Shown here piece by piece: positions 42,701 through 55,944 of a DNA stretch of 64,000 nt; position 1 is the first letter of the stretch; every line of letters starts with the position of its first letter. This DNA is from Eledone cirrhosa. Taxonomy: Eukaryota. The stretch is taken from the NCBI GenBank assembly GCA_964016885.1, contig OZ024742.1, positions 133,610,001 to 133,674,000 of the forward strand. Direction: 5' to 3'. Below the pieces are notes generated by a model, which saw only the letters and a list, made by a program, of their open reading frames with translations, had not been told where the DNA came from and searched no databases. The position numbers and the translations under genes were made by a program.

Positions 42701-43500
42701 TTACTAAATTCTGTGGATGAATTTGTATCCTGATTCTCTTTTGAGATGAGTTTGAGTTATTTTTCCTAAATCTTTCGTGAACTACTTTTCCCATCTTGAC
42801 GTTATAGTCGCATATATGTTATAGAATGCCGTTAGCTTCTTGCTAAAACAATCTCTATACGTCTCATTTATATTTATACTCGGATTCTTTTCCTAGAGTG
42901 CTTAAACTATCTGTGACTAATCCCGGTTTTTTTCATAAAAACTGTGATAATTATTGCTATTTTGCTGAACTCATTGTAGAGTTTTTTTTCAGAATGTATT
43001 TGACTGCTATTTCTTGTAAATAAACATTCACTTCCATCCTGACGTCACTAGCCCCGTTTTTTCCTCATGTGCTTTTTCATAAATACACATGAAGGCGAAC
43101 TAGCCAGTTTTAGAATTCCCTTTTTCGGACTATATTACTGTGAGAGCCCTGGTTTTCTGTTGAGCTCTGCTGATGAATGATATTCCAACCGTGACCATCT
43201 CCACTGAAAGTTTTCATGAAATAGTCTTTTAAGACTATACAGAGCATTTGATGTTATTCCAGATTGAAGGATAAGTGTTTCAAACTTTGTTTTATCATGA
43301 GTTAAAGGTCTATAGATTTTTCCATGGATTTTACTAAATTCTGTGGATGAATTTGTATCCTGATTCTCTTTTGAGTTGAGTTTGAGTTATTTTTCCTAAA
43401 TCTTTCGTTAACTACTTTTCCCATCTTGACGTTATAGTCGCATATATGTTATAGAATGCCGTTAGCTTCTTGCTAAAACAATCTCTATACGTCTCATTTA
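42700..43500 (+). mobile_element. Retrozyme-like non-coding unit: 171-bp direct termini 630 bp apart, one complete HHR
   Basis: 42700-42870 and 43330-43500 differ at about 2 positions. No ORF. (TA)n on both sides. Confidence 0.85.
43164..43245 (+). ncRNA. Complete type I hammerhead ribozyme
   Basis: gctctg-CTGATGA-atga.../tcat-GAAA-TAGTCTT-tt-AAGACTA-TA-cagagc. Predicted cleavage after 43239. Confidence 0.92.
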
Positions 43501-43520
43501 TATATATATATATATATATT

Positions 43521-44117
43521 AAAAGCTTGTATTGAGTTAGAAACTCAAAATAATCTCATTACAGTAAATTAGCTCTAAGAAAAAGACTTTTCCGAGCCGT
43601 ATATAACTGAACAAAAGGAAAAAAACGAACACAGACATATATATATATATATAATATGTGTTCAAATTGTAATGGACCAAAATCGCTAAGGTGAAAAAAA
43701 TACTAACTACAGACTATAGGGTTTGCTGGACTCAATTTAAGAACAGATTAAGAAAAATGAATACAAACCAGTATTGTGGTAACTACCATCACCCAGGCGG
43801 TCTTTGATATAACCGTTTCGCAATATTATTTGTGAAGAGAAATACCAAATTCCAGGCTCATCAGTGGGCGGTGAAATTAGTATACTCCTCAATTCTACTT
43901 CTAAATCAAATAGAAAACTGGAAAGTGTGTGTATAGATAACGCACATGGTTCCCGAACTTAGCGTGTCGCGTAGACTTACGCCACTAAAAATATCAGCCG
44001 GGTCTACACGACATTTGAAATAGCTCTACGAATTAACGGAGCCGAATGTATCAAAAGCTTGTATTGAGTTAGAAACTCAAAATAGTCTTATTACAGTAAA
44101 TGTATATACATACATGC

Positions 44118-44187
<70 letters not shown>

Positions 44188-44248
44188 ATACACACACTTT
44201 CCAGTTTTCTATTTGATTTAGAAGTAGAAGTGAGGAGTATACTAATTT
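43521..44248 (-). mobile_element. HHR unit with 48-bp direct termini (offset 532) and a detached inverted piece
   Basis: 43521-43568 repeats at 44053-44100. 43874-43939 is inverted at 44183-44248. Confidence 0.75.
43788..43873 (-). ncRNA. Hammerhead ribozyme with mutated cleavage site
   Basis: accgccca-CTGATGA-gc...gc-GAAA-CGGT...ACCG-CC-tgggtgat (CC where TC is expected). Confidence 0.7.
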
Positions 44249-44324
44249 TAAAATACATACATAGATACATACAAACATACACACATATATACATACGCGC
44301 ACACACACAGATACCCCCCCCCCC

Positions 44325-44355
<31 letters not shown>

Positions 44356-44462
44356 TATCCAGGGAGTGTAACGTGAAGTTAGTGTATGTTCAGAGATGTG
44401 AAATCTTGATGTTTAGAATCACGTCTGTAGCGAAGTGTAGAACTAAACAGAGTGTAAATATG

Positions 44463-44600
44463 ATAATTGTTTCTACATTTGGCACAAGGCCACCAATTAC
44501 CAGTGCATTACTGGTACCTTATTTTATCGACCCCGTAATGATGAAAGCAAAGTTAACCTTAGCGGGATTTGAACTCAGAATGTAAAGGGCTGAGTTCAAA
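44463..44600 (-). mobile_element. Truncated SINE
   Basis: Matches the 3' half of the SINE. Confidence 0.85.
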
Positions 44601-44787
44601 TCTCACCGAGGTGTAAATATAATAATACAAGGACGATTTGTTAAGACTCCTTTACGTATATTGATTGGTGACGCGCGTTTTTCTATTGATAAGCTCATGG
44701 TTCGATCTGTATCGATCCGGCCCGACTCTAAATCAAAAAGCCGTCGGGCCTCTGATGTTGTAATGACAGAAAACAAATAATAGCAGA

Positions 44788-44819
<32 letters not shown>

Positions 44820-44836
44820 TACACACACACACACAC

Positions 44837-44872
<36 letters not shown>

Positions 44873-44877
<5 letters not shown>

Positions 44878-45110
44878 TAAATGATCGGAGGCCATACTCT
44901 CCTGACACGTATTTATACGAGGAATATTAGTCAATTAGCCTGAGTCTCTCAGTCGGCAAAACCTAAAATAAACATTGAAAGTCCAAACAAACCGTTACAT
45001 TTGGAAAAATCGAATAATTTCCCCGAAAAAGATTTTCTCTTCATGATACAGGGGGCCTTCCGGACACGTGGTGTTGTTTCTTCGACGGCCGGCCTTTCTA
45101 TGATACCAAG
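44873..45110 (-). mobile_element. Family A copy, single arm
   Basis: Similar to 1335-1600 (acctaaaataaacattgaaagt...tttggaaaaatcgaataatttcc...atgatacaggg). Confidence 0.8.
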
Positions 45111-45899
45111 AAATTTGGCTGAAGTGTTGGTCAGTATAGGAAGTTACGAAAAAGGTCAGTAGCCTTTCCCCCTCTCCTCTCTATCAGTAGCTGTTGTAGT
45201 GGTAGTGACAGCGGCTGCTATAATAGTCCATATTGTCCAAAGGTCTGCAGCACTGAGTATTATAACCGATACCACGAATTAACTATATAAAAATGGATTA
45301 AAATACAATAAATAAACTAATCAATTAATTAATTAATTAAGAACAAAAGGACAGGTTATATTAAAGGGGATAGATATGTTGGAAAGAGAAAATTATAAAG
45401 AAAAAAATTTCATATTGCAGAAAATTGAAACGTAAAGAAATGGCTGACTATAGGCCTATGGTTTAAACCAGAGTGTATAAATGTAGATATTGTATAGTTA
45501 TAGTTTAATTGGTTCGAAATTGTTGGGAGCATTGTAGCCTTACTCCAGCAGATTCCCCGTTTGATTAAGCTCTACGGATTACACCAGATGTCCGATTCCC
45601 TGCCTCTCCGGAGACTCGATGAGCTGATCGTAAGAGTGAAATCTTACGATATATAAAGGGAATGTCCAGGAGTGGCTTCGGCGGTAGGATTCTTCCGTGC
45701 AACCTGCGTCAAATATCCATGAAACCGATCAACTCGGAGGACAACATGCCTGACCGACATGGAACTATTAGGCCATTCCTTTACCAATTAAGTGGTGTTG
45801 GCCAACCTAAGGTAACTTAACCCCACTCAAAATCAAGAAGTATGTTGAGGTGAGACGTTTTGTCTTAATTTTATAAAATATATCATATATATATATAAT

Positions 45900-45936
<37 letters not shown>

Positions 45937-46403
45937 ATAAGCACACACACACACGCGCACACACACACACACATATATATATACACACACACATACACAC
46001 AAATAATATGTATATATGTGTCTTGGAGAGGGTATGTGTGTATTTGTGTTCCTTTGTAGAGCATTTGAAATATGTATACTATAGCACTCGGTGAACTCGC
46101 TCCAACGCAGCATATTTTAAAGCTTTTTTCATTACATTCATTTCAATCTCCCGATTGATAGCATTAATTCATGTATTGATGTGAGAGCTAAGCAACGAAC
46201 AGCAATTACCCTATTTCATATGATCGCTATTACTGTTATATTTGGTTTGCTTCAAATACGTAGAAAAACAATTTCGCTAGTTTGAACGCCTAATTAGCAT
46301 AACATTCGTTACATTTTATACAAATACACGTCTGTAAATGAGTGTTGCAAGCTTAATATAAATCAGTTATATATATGTATATATATATATATATATATAT
46401 GTT

Positions 46404-46435
<32 letters not shown>

Positions 46436-46437
46436 TA

Positions 46438-46882
46438 AGCAGAAGGGATATTCAATTTGTTGGTAATTCAACAAATATAAATGTTTATAACCGATTTAGA
46501 GCACTCAACAGTATTTTGAAGTATAAAATATACAATGATATTAAATACATGGAAACTATATTTATAAAACTATATTTATTCTATTTTATATATTTCAAAG
46601 GTACCAACATTTTGGTACGCTATCATCAGATAAAATACAAAATGTTTTATAAATATTTGACATAACCAAGGATAATATACTTTAACGGTTCAAGTTATCC
46701 TGGAAACTTTCTAGTGATAACTTGAACCGTTAAAGTATATTATCCTTGGTTATGTCAAATATGTATAACACATTTTCTATTTTATCTGATGATAGCGTAC
46801 CAAAATGTTGGTACCTTTGAAATATATATAATAGAATAAATATTGTTTCATAAATATAGTTTCCCTTTATTTAATATCATTG
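46438..46882. mobile_element. Fold-back HHR element, family B copy 2 (HHR 46778-46838 on +)
   Basis: Arms about 46530-46700 and 46715-46882. tattttat-CTGATGA-..gtaccaa/ttggtac..-GAAA-TATATA-TA-atagaata. Confidence 0.88.
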
Positions 46883-46955
46883 TATATATATATATATATT
46901 TGTGTGTGTGTGTTTGTATTATATATATATATGTATGTATACATGTATATACAAA

Positions 46956-47009
<54 letters not shown>

Positions 47010-47028
47010 TAGATAGATATATATATAT

Positions 47029-47455
47029 ACGATATTAATAAATGGAAACTATTTATAAAACCATATTTATTTCATTATACATATTTCAGGGATACCACAT
47101 TAAATTATGGTATGCCTTCATCAGACAAAATACAATATATTACAGTTTTACAAATAGGTTTGACGTACCCTTTAAAATACAACCATTACTTTTGGAGGCT
47201 GTCTGGATAGCTATTTTAAAGGGTACGTCAAACCTATTTGTAAAACTGTTATATATTGTATTTTGTCTGATGAAGGCATACCATAATTTAATGTGGTATC
47301 CCTGAAATATGTATAATGAAATAAATATGGTTTTATAAATATAGTTTCCATTTATTAATATCGTATATATACTCCAAAAATGTGTCGAGTGCTTTATATC
47401 AGTTATAAAAATATTTACTTGTTGTATCCCAACAACTTTAAATAGAACTTTTGCA
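47029..47455. mobile_element. Fold-back HHR element, family B copy 3, opposite orientation (HHR 47259-47323 on +)
   Basis: Near-perfect arms 47029-47179 and 47212-47364. tattttgt-CTGATGA-agg..ataccata/tgtggtat..cct-GAAA-TATGTA-TA-atgaaata. The tail lies on the right. Confidence 0.9.
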
Positions 47456-47539
47456 TATATATATATAAATTAAAAAAAAAAAATGTTTAATTTTAAACTG
47501 TTTAATTTTCAATTTTCTAATTCCATTAATTTTATAATG

Positions 47540-48178
47540 TTAATATTAAATATTAAATTTTTGTAACTTCATCCTATAAATCTAAACAAAATTTAACGTT
47601 CAATCTTCTGCTCACACATTATAACATGCATACCCCCACTATATTTACCTCTGTTATAATATATACCTCTGTTAAGATACGGGTCCTTTAGAATATTTTT
47701 TTTCGTGCCATTCCTGGCCTGACTAGCTTGACATTAGTACGGACTTTTCTTCCTCTTTCTTTCTGTATTTCTTCTTGTAGCTCGACATTAACGCTGACTT
47801 TTCTTCCTCTTCCTTTTCTTCCCCTTCTTCCTGTCTTTCTTCTTGTAGCTCGACATTAATGCTGACTTATCTTCCTCTCCCTTTCTATTTGACTGGGAGG
47901 GTATTAGCACACTTAAAGCTTTACCCCCCTCACCAGATGGCCTCAAGTAGACTGAATAGCCAGCACTTGAGGGCGACCGGCTAAAGTGGAGGATGCTAGT
48001 TGGTCGGTCGTCCTCCTGTCTTTCATTTTCAGCCCCATGGATTTTATCTACTGCATTCATTTATTGTATTTCGAATACCTGATGATATCACCGGATTCAT
48101 ACGGAACCCGGTCATTGAAATGATCATAGTATAATAAACCTATCAAGGATTTACACAAGTCCAGCCTCCTGTCATTTT
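47540..48178 (+). mobile_element. Family C PLE-like 3' region with HHR (48075-48132)
   Basis: atac-CTGATGA-..accggattc/gaacccggt..-GAAA-TGATCA-TA-gtat. Homologous to 60130-60630. Confidence 0.85.
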
Positions 48179-48244
48179 ATATATATATATATATACACAT
48201 ATTCTTTTATATGTTTTTCTTTATTTGTTTAGTTGTATTTATAA

Positions 48245-48601
48245 TACTTGAATATCTTTCTAATTCTGTGGTTACATGCGATAATTAAATCATGTCTTTT
48301 ATTTAATAGAGTGTCTTTAGATTTAATAATTTCAAAAATTTATTGGGAACATAGTCCACACTCCTATCTATTGCCTTGATAAGAAATGGCTCTTTTGTGA
48401 AACTTCCAAGTTAGGTTATAATTAATTTTCTTCTTTTTACAATTGTTAACTGCTTCCGCTAAATAAGTGGTATTAGCTAATCTTGTGTTTCGAAAACTGT
48501 GGGTGTGTGTGCATAAAATCTCGATTTCAACGGATTAGATGTGGATCCAATATAGGATTTATTAGAGTCCTTAGTGGTAATTATGCATTTATACACTATA
48601 T
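48245..48601 (-). pseudogene. Inverted copy of a PLE GIY-YIG endonuclease
   Basis: IVYKCIITTKDSNKSYIGSTSNPLKSRFYAH..HSFRN...NYNLTWK...ECGLC...LLNKRHDLIIACNH, with stops and a frameshift. Confidence 0.85.
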
Positions 48602-48895
48602 ACACCAGTTACATCCACTCACTCACCTCACCAACACAATACACCAACCTACAACCAACTACCATCTTCCTCATCCTTAATAGGAACTAAGAATTACATA
48701 CCCAATCTGACAAATAACTTACAAAACAACCATGATTCTATAAACACTGTATCCCCTATAATTTCACCAACTAACAACCCTTCGAGCCATGACCACCCAA
48801 ACGCAAACCCTTTTGTCTCATATAAAAATGTAAATACAAATACTATCACTATTATTGGGAATATGGCAAGCACTTCTGAAACCCTATGTACAAAC

Positions 48896-49290
48896 GGTTG
48901 TAATTGTAGAGTAAAAAGTAATTGCCCCTTAAATGGAAATTACTTAATTAATAATATAGTGTATAAATGTATAATTACCACTAAGGACTCTAATCACATC
49001 TAATCCGTTTAAATCGAGATTTTATGCACACACCCACAGTTTTCGAAACACAAAATTAGCTAATACCACTTATTTAGCGGAAGGAGTTAACAATTGTAAA
49101 AAGAAGAAAATTAATTATAACCTAACTTGGAAGTTTCTCAAAAGAGCCATTTCTTATCAGGGCAATAAATAGGACTCTGGACGATGTTCCCAAGAAATTT
49201 TTGAAATTATTAAATCTAAAGACACTCTATTAAATAAAAGACAGGAATTAATTATCGCATGTAACCATAGAATTAGAAAGATATTCAAAT
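48896..49290 (+). pseudogene. PLE GIY-YIG endonuclease with CxCx5C linker, YIG deleted
   Basis: GCNCRVKSNCPLNGNYLINNIVYKCIITTKDSN, then a small deletion, then the same C-terminus as the inverted copy. Confidence 0.85.
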
Positions 49291-49332
49291 ATTATAAATA
49301 CAACTAAACAAATAAAGGAAAAAAATATAAAA

Positions 49333-49410
<78 letters not shown>

Positions 49411-50301
49411 TTATTTTTGCTATTAGAATTAATCCTATATATCATCCCTATAACTTTTTAAAATAATTATCTATATATAATTATATTCAACACTCTAACA
49501 AAACTTTAACAGACATGCATTTAAACCTATTAAGAAAAGCAGATTATTAATGAGATTTCTCATTCTGACCACTCTAACACAATAAAATATTACACAAATT
49601 TTATTATTTTCTTAACCTATATATTTTTTATCTAAATTTTCCTTTGCTTTGTTTCCATCTATATTCCTTTACTTGTTCTAATTTTAGAACAAATTATTCC
49701 TCTTGATCAAAGAAATAACAATTATTTAGGATTGTTCTATACTATTCTATCAGATATAACACACTGATATCTGCACCGCTTTTCCTCCAACTTTATTACC
49801 CGTATTTTATTTAATTTCATTGTTTTTATTATTTGTATTATATTATTTTGACTCTGCTTCCAATGAATTATATCGTTGAAATTTTGTATTTTAAACTTTG
49901 CTTAACGACATCTTTTACCTATGGATTTCATTCAGTTCTTCATACCGCTTGGACCATACCATTAATTGGTGGATTTATCTGTGCATGTGTATATATATAT
50001 ATATATATATATAATTGTAAATATATATTTATAATATGAGGTTATAGTGTAATAGTTCCCGATTTTCATTGGTAAGATCAGATTAATTCGTTGCACCTTT
50101 AAGACTTTCGTTCTTTTAGGAGCTTTTATCTGATCCTTATTTCACTTTATTGCATTTATATGCTCATATGTTTCATATGCTTCTTCTACCTTTGCTATCT
50201 GTGCTCATATAAATGTTGATACTTATGCTTACTTCCCATATATCCTCAAAATGTTCTTATGACAAACTTCTGATATATTTGTGTTTTAACCTTTATTATA
50301 T

Positions 50302-50349
50302 ACAACGATGATTCCGGCCTTGTGTTAGGATGAAACGATCTTAAATTGT
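50302..50349 (+). ncRNA. Degenerate hammerhead motif in the presumed 3' UTR of the 48.9-kb PLE
   Basis: acaa-CGATGA-ttcc.../gga-t-GAAA-CGATC-TTA-aattgt. Confidence 0.5.
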
Positions 50350-50559
50350 TAAATGTTCTAAACACTCTTTGATTGTTGTTTATAATGTATTTCGGCTCTG
50401 TAATATACTTGTTATTTACATTGTGCTATTCTCATTCTTGTAACACAATCTCCATCGCTACTGCTACCAGAGACGATATAACAATAACACATGTACCGCC
50501 ATATATAAACTCATGTAATAACTGTATTTCTGGCAGGCATAGATTACGACAAGTATCTT

Positions 50560-53500
50560 AGATACACATGATGACATGAGAGAATTGTTCTGCGATGGGA
50601 GTTAAGCTTCCCATCCAGACCAGCCAGCAGAGCGTCAATACAATCCTTGGTCAGATAGACCTATAACAAATGTACATATCTATTAATCATGCTGGCAAAG
50701 GAAAAGGCAAGTTTCCAGAATCGTAACGCCGAAACCCAGCTAAATGCCTTCTGCCTTCAGAAGAAAAAAATTCACTACTGCGAACACCTAAATCGCGGGT
50801 TCAAAGAACAACAGCTCAGCCGTCAGCTACAACAGAAGCAGGAAAGATAACACGATTTCTCGTAGCAGATTATACAGGCGTGTTTCCATATTCACCATCC
50901 TTGCAACGACAATCACAAAAAGAGGAGATCCCACACTAACAAAACAACAACAACAATAGTAATAATACCTTCTAATGCAGGTGGAAGATATATCGTCCAA
51001 TTAGTGGGGTGGCAAAACATTTGCCACAAAAACACAAAATCCTGTATATGTTTGTTTAACCCCCCAAAAATAGAACGCAGAAGAAAAGCGTTAAAGACGG
51101 AAGTCACATAACACCAATATCCACGTACCCTTATTCTCACCACCATTCTAACCAGCTCCCCACACCACCACCATCACCTCCAATTATCTTAGTCACAGAT
51201 AATATTGAAGGCACATCTCAAGAAACAACCACAAACTCGACAAATGCAATCCAAACTGAAAGAAAAAAAAGCGTACAATTACACACACATGATCACAAAC
51301 AACAAATAATTATGGACCATACAAATCGCTGTGCCATCCCCAACAAACAGCTAAAAAAACACATACATATACAAACGTAATAACTCGAAGATCCATTCCA
51401 ACAAATAATTATGGACCATACAAATCGCTGTGCCATCCCCAACAAACAGCTAAAAAAACACATACATATACAAACGTAATAACTCGAAGATCCATTCCAA
51501 GATCCATCACAAAATGTATCTAGTTTGAACAAACCATAGAGTCACTAAAATCTAGCCAGAATGAAGAATATGTCGCTCTTGCTCCACAGGAATAATGCAA
51601 ATGATCCTTCTTATCTTCTTTCCTTTTCATCACACACGGAATTGCCCACATCATAAAATATATATTTAGATATGGTGACCATCAACGAGAAGAAGAATTT
51701 CTGAACCACGATCCTTCGGACACATTTTAAGCGGCTCTGTGTTGTAGACTATTCCAAGGCATCGAGTAACATGCGTTGGCCTCACTGATTTATTTCCAAA
51801 CGGTCTGGATCTCGTGATAAGTCACATTTCTTCCAGCTAGATGGTAAATTGGTGGAGCTTGACGTGTCCAGGAGCGAAAGATTTGATTTCAGGCTAGTGA
51901 TTGCCTATGATACATTAGAGGCACGATTGTAGAGATTTATTCTGTAAATCATTCTAGGAAATGTTTTCTCTCGTAGGCGATTAGAACTGTATGATGGACG
52001 TACACTGGAATTGATCTGGCAAGCAGGTAAGGGAGTAGAGTGCAACATTTCGCAAACTTATACACTAAATATCAATTGTATTTACCTGACGTGACTGTGT
52101 GGACCAGATCAAAGCGCATCAGCTATTATATATCGAATTACATAATGTTAGCATAAGTTGTTCACAATTCAAAATGTCAGCTAGACAAACCATCGATTAT
52201 AGTTAGACTTCATAGACAGGGGCTCAGTTATGGAAAGAATATGGAAGCTTCGTTCCCGGCACGCAACACTAACAGAGTCCGAACATGATAATTAGAGTTG
52301 TTGACGGGGCAATCATGAACTATGAATGGTCGTTCTTCCTAAAACTGTAAATTATGGAAAATTCGATAACATTTAGTAAAGGCGTAGCATACAGAACACA
52401 ATAATATAAGTATAGCATACCAGGGATCTGTAGGAGGGGCTTTAAGAAAGTCATCGCGACTGACATGTTTGCAGTGATATTCGATATGGGCCAATAGTTA
52501 AGGCTTCAGGGCAAGAGCTACGACTCGTGCTCTGAGACGCAGAGAGAGGAAAACAGCTTGATAAACCCGAGTCGAGAGAGGTATTCCTCTCATCTTTTCA
52601 GGTCGTGCAATAGGAGGATCACAGGATAGGGATCAGTAACAACATCAACCTCCTGCTGTGTCCCTCAAGATAAGATGCTCAGTATTTCGACAATAACCCA
52701 CAAACATCTAGAGTAACAAACTGGCTGCACGAGGAACATATTTACAAGTTAGGATGTTCTTCCTAAGAAAGTCACTTTTACTTGGTAGATTTGTTCCGCG
52801 ACATGTTAGCAGGGGTCTACACAAACTAGGAGCCAAACGAAACAATTTCCAGTTCTGTGAGTTGAGTAATGCTGACAATGAAGAAGGAATCGAAAATGGA
52901 AATCAAATATATAACATCAGGCCTTTAATTCTGCTAAACGCAACATTCAATAATTTGGCCAACATTCTGGCAATGGGTTTCGTGTTTTGGGTAATGGTCT
53001 TGTTGGTGAATTACAGACGTATGTCAGCACAAACTGATCCATATGGTGCAATATACCAGACGGAGGGTATCTATGTTTCCTGGCAAAGGTACACTCCTGA
53101 TAGTCCTAGATCTAAAATTCGTTAGAGCCGATCATCTGTACTTCATGTTGGCCCGTCTCGGATATCTCTTTCAAGGAAGAGTTACTGCATGGTACAGCAC
53201 CATTTGCTTGCTAGTCAGTGTTAAGAATTGCCTATCGAAGTCATTCAGTGGTGTGATAGTATCGGTGCATCAGGGATGCTGCTCTAGTCTCACTAGTACA
53301 ACATAAATCTTGAGCTACTGATACACAATTTAGTGGCGGGAATAGGGCTGCTTAATGTACGTGTTGGCATATAACGACAGAATCATGATAGTGGTGTCGA
53401 TCATCACGCACCTTGACTTGATCGGTACAGCTTCATACGTGCACGAAGTGGTGAACTAGTTGAAATGAACATGAAACTTCAGTTGGTCTCTATCTCTCTG

Positions 53501-53600
53501 TACATTTGGAGTCACATACATACTGTACAACATCGACGTTGGTCGCAGTACTGATAGGCCGGTTAAGTTGTTCGGAACCTGGTTCCTTTATGATGAAGAA
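50560..53600 (+). mobile_element. Heavily decayed Tx1/L1-type LINE
   Basis: DGKLVELDVS and FRLVIAYD (APE-like, about 51840-51910), NIRPLILLNATFNNLANILA (about 52913), SVHQGCCSS (QG motif), LAYND (decayed YADD). Confidence 0.68.
51300..51499. repeat. Perfect 99-bp tandem duplication
   Basis: caacaaataattatggacc...gatccattc occurs twice with no differences seen. Confidence 0.95.
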
Positions 53601-54879
53601 TATATGCAGGATTATAGTTTCATATTTTTGCTTTTGATATTGACACATTTTCTTTATTTCTTGCAAACAGAATCCCCTGACTTGTATAACATTGGAGAAT
53701 GCGTCAGAAATCAGTTAAAGGAATTATTACATTAGATAAAACAATGAAAAATACCCCTTAAAATATCTGCTATGTAAAATCAGTGGGCTGTTTAGACAGG
53801 AATACTTTTTCTTAGATTTATAAAATAATATGTATGAATTCAGTACAAAAAAATAAAGTAAAGATGAAACATAGACAGGTAGGAGAATGCCAAAATGATA
53901 AATGGTATATCGAAACCTTTATAAGATGATTTTTTCAAATGAAAGCTGAGAAGCAATTGGGCGTGAAAACTAGCATGATAAAATAGGAAACAAAACCGTT
54001 AAATAAAATTGCATTCAATATCCTATAGTTCTTTAAACCTGGTCTTCCGTAGTTTATCGCAAGATTGTCATTCAGTGAATTAATGAGGCTATCAGACGCA
54101 CAAAGGCCATACGATATCTTTGAAATAGTGCAAACAATTCTTAACTTGTTTACCAGCTGCCTTAAGCAATGGTGCTTATCACTAAGGAAAATATCGATAT
54201 TCCGTTTTACTTTGTCGTTTCGTTTTGTTTTCTTTAGTTTCCTTCGATTGGCTTCAGGAAAAACTTGGAACAAATTTTATAGATGGCAAATGGTAATATT
54301 TTATTTATCTCTCTGGAATAACAAACAACACGGTTCAAATAGTTTCCATTGTTCTAGTTTAAATGTAGTTAATGTAAAACATTTTCTAGAATACTTCAAT
54401 TTGGCTCTCAGTGGAGAAGAGAAATTATTCCAGTGAGAGAAATAAACTTTTTCAAATGATTTGATTGACGGTAAACTTTTCAAGATACAACGTGTATTGT
54501 ATTGTTATTTATATATTATTCTGTATACCATAGGTTTCTTCACACGGCAGGATGGTTTATATTCGTAGTTATATTGGGAAATACGTCATGATATTAAGGA
54601 AAATAATTAGGCAAAGGGCTATTTAATCTGCCAGGACCACTTGGTTCAATCAAGAGGTCACAGTTGCAAAAACAACAAAGAAGGAGGTCTACAAAGTTTG
54701 CTTGGAAATAAGTTCTCCATTTTGGATCCGTAGTAGAAGTAGGCACGTTAAATTTCAGCAAACACAGTAAAGCATCCAAAATAAATAAATTGGAAAATGT
54801 TGGGGTTAAGTTGTAATCCGACTTCATTTCAGCAAATATAATGTTCTGGCGACTTTGTTCTAAGAAGTCTTTCTCCACA

Positions 54880-55315
54880 CCTGCTATCAGGAATGCGTCT
54901 GGTGTTCTCTTCTCTTCAGGGAAAGGTATTGTTCAAATTTGGCGATACGTGAACGGAAGCAAGGTGCGAGCGTCAGTTGGTAGTAGATGACGGTGGTGAT
55001 GTACACCTTCTCCAGCTCCATCCGACTGCTCAGGGACGGCTTCCTTTGGCTTATTTCTGGTGACAGTGGCTAACCTGGCCGTAACCTCGTTCCAATAATT
55101 ATTCACCTGGAGTTTTGATCCATATCAAACCCTGAGTAGCTGGACTGTATGGTTTTGCCTCTCCAGGTGTCGAACTGCAAGGCCTGTGACTTTTTCGGGT
55201 TTAGTTTAGCTCCTCTCAACCTTTCATATTCTTCCAAGAATCCTCCTCGATTTCCGAGGTTTTCGTCAACATCAGGATGATGTCGTCCGCGTATGCCGAT
55301 ACAGACTTTCCGCGT
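54880..55315 (-). pseudogene. Tx1/L1-type RT 3' fragment
   Basis: Minus strand SVSAYADDII, followed by GAKLNPKKS-like sequence. Confidence 0.72.
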
Positions 55316-55944
55316 TTATTAGAAACATATAATTATAGTAAGGGCTTAACCGAATAAGGATGTGCGTGAATGTCCAATAATCGATGATTCTGGCTTCTGA
55401 ACCTGTTGGAGCATCATATGACAGGAGACCGGAGAGCGATACGACTATCATACTTACAATTAAATTATAATTTATACATTAGGCCTAAAACATTTATCTC
55501 CTTTTACTATAATAATTATTTCATTATAATCTCTTTCCCACGTACCCATCCCCATTGATGCAGACTTTTATTTTTTATTTTTATATTTAGTTAAATATTT
55601 AATTTTCTAATTTATTAATTCTTGGTCGAAAAATATTTCTTAAGTAGTCAATATATTATTTTAAGTAGTCAATTTATGATTAGATATTCAATGGTAGGCC
55701 AGTGGACAGGTGGAACTGGGAGACTATAACTATTTCACCACTGCTAAACCTAGCAGTCACTCCCTACTATAGCCATGGCTTAGGATGGGGGGCTAGCTGT
55801 CACTACTGCTATTAAAGTCAGTGTGTAAAGGGTCGAATGGGTGAGCGGGCGACTAACAGATTCCATCATTTCCTGTACTAAGCATCTGAAGATACTAACG
55901 TAGGACCAGAACTGACTAAAACTCTGAGCTTCTTGCGGTCATAC

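Noticed and set aside
45510-45810. Possible I-clade LINE C-terminus on the minus strand (SVRHVVL)
   Set aside because: A single weak motif; it needs a translated search.
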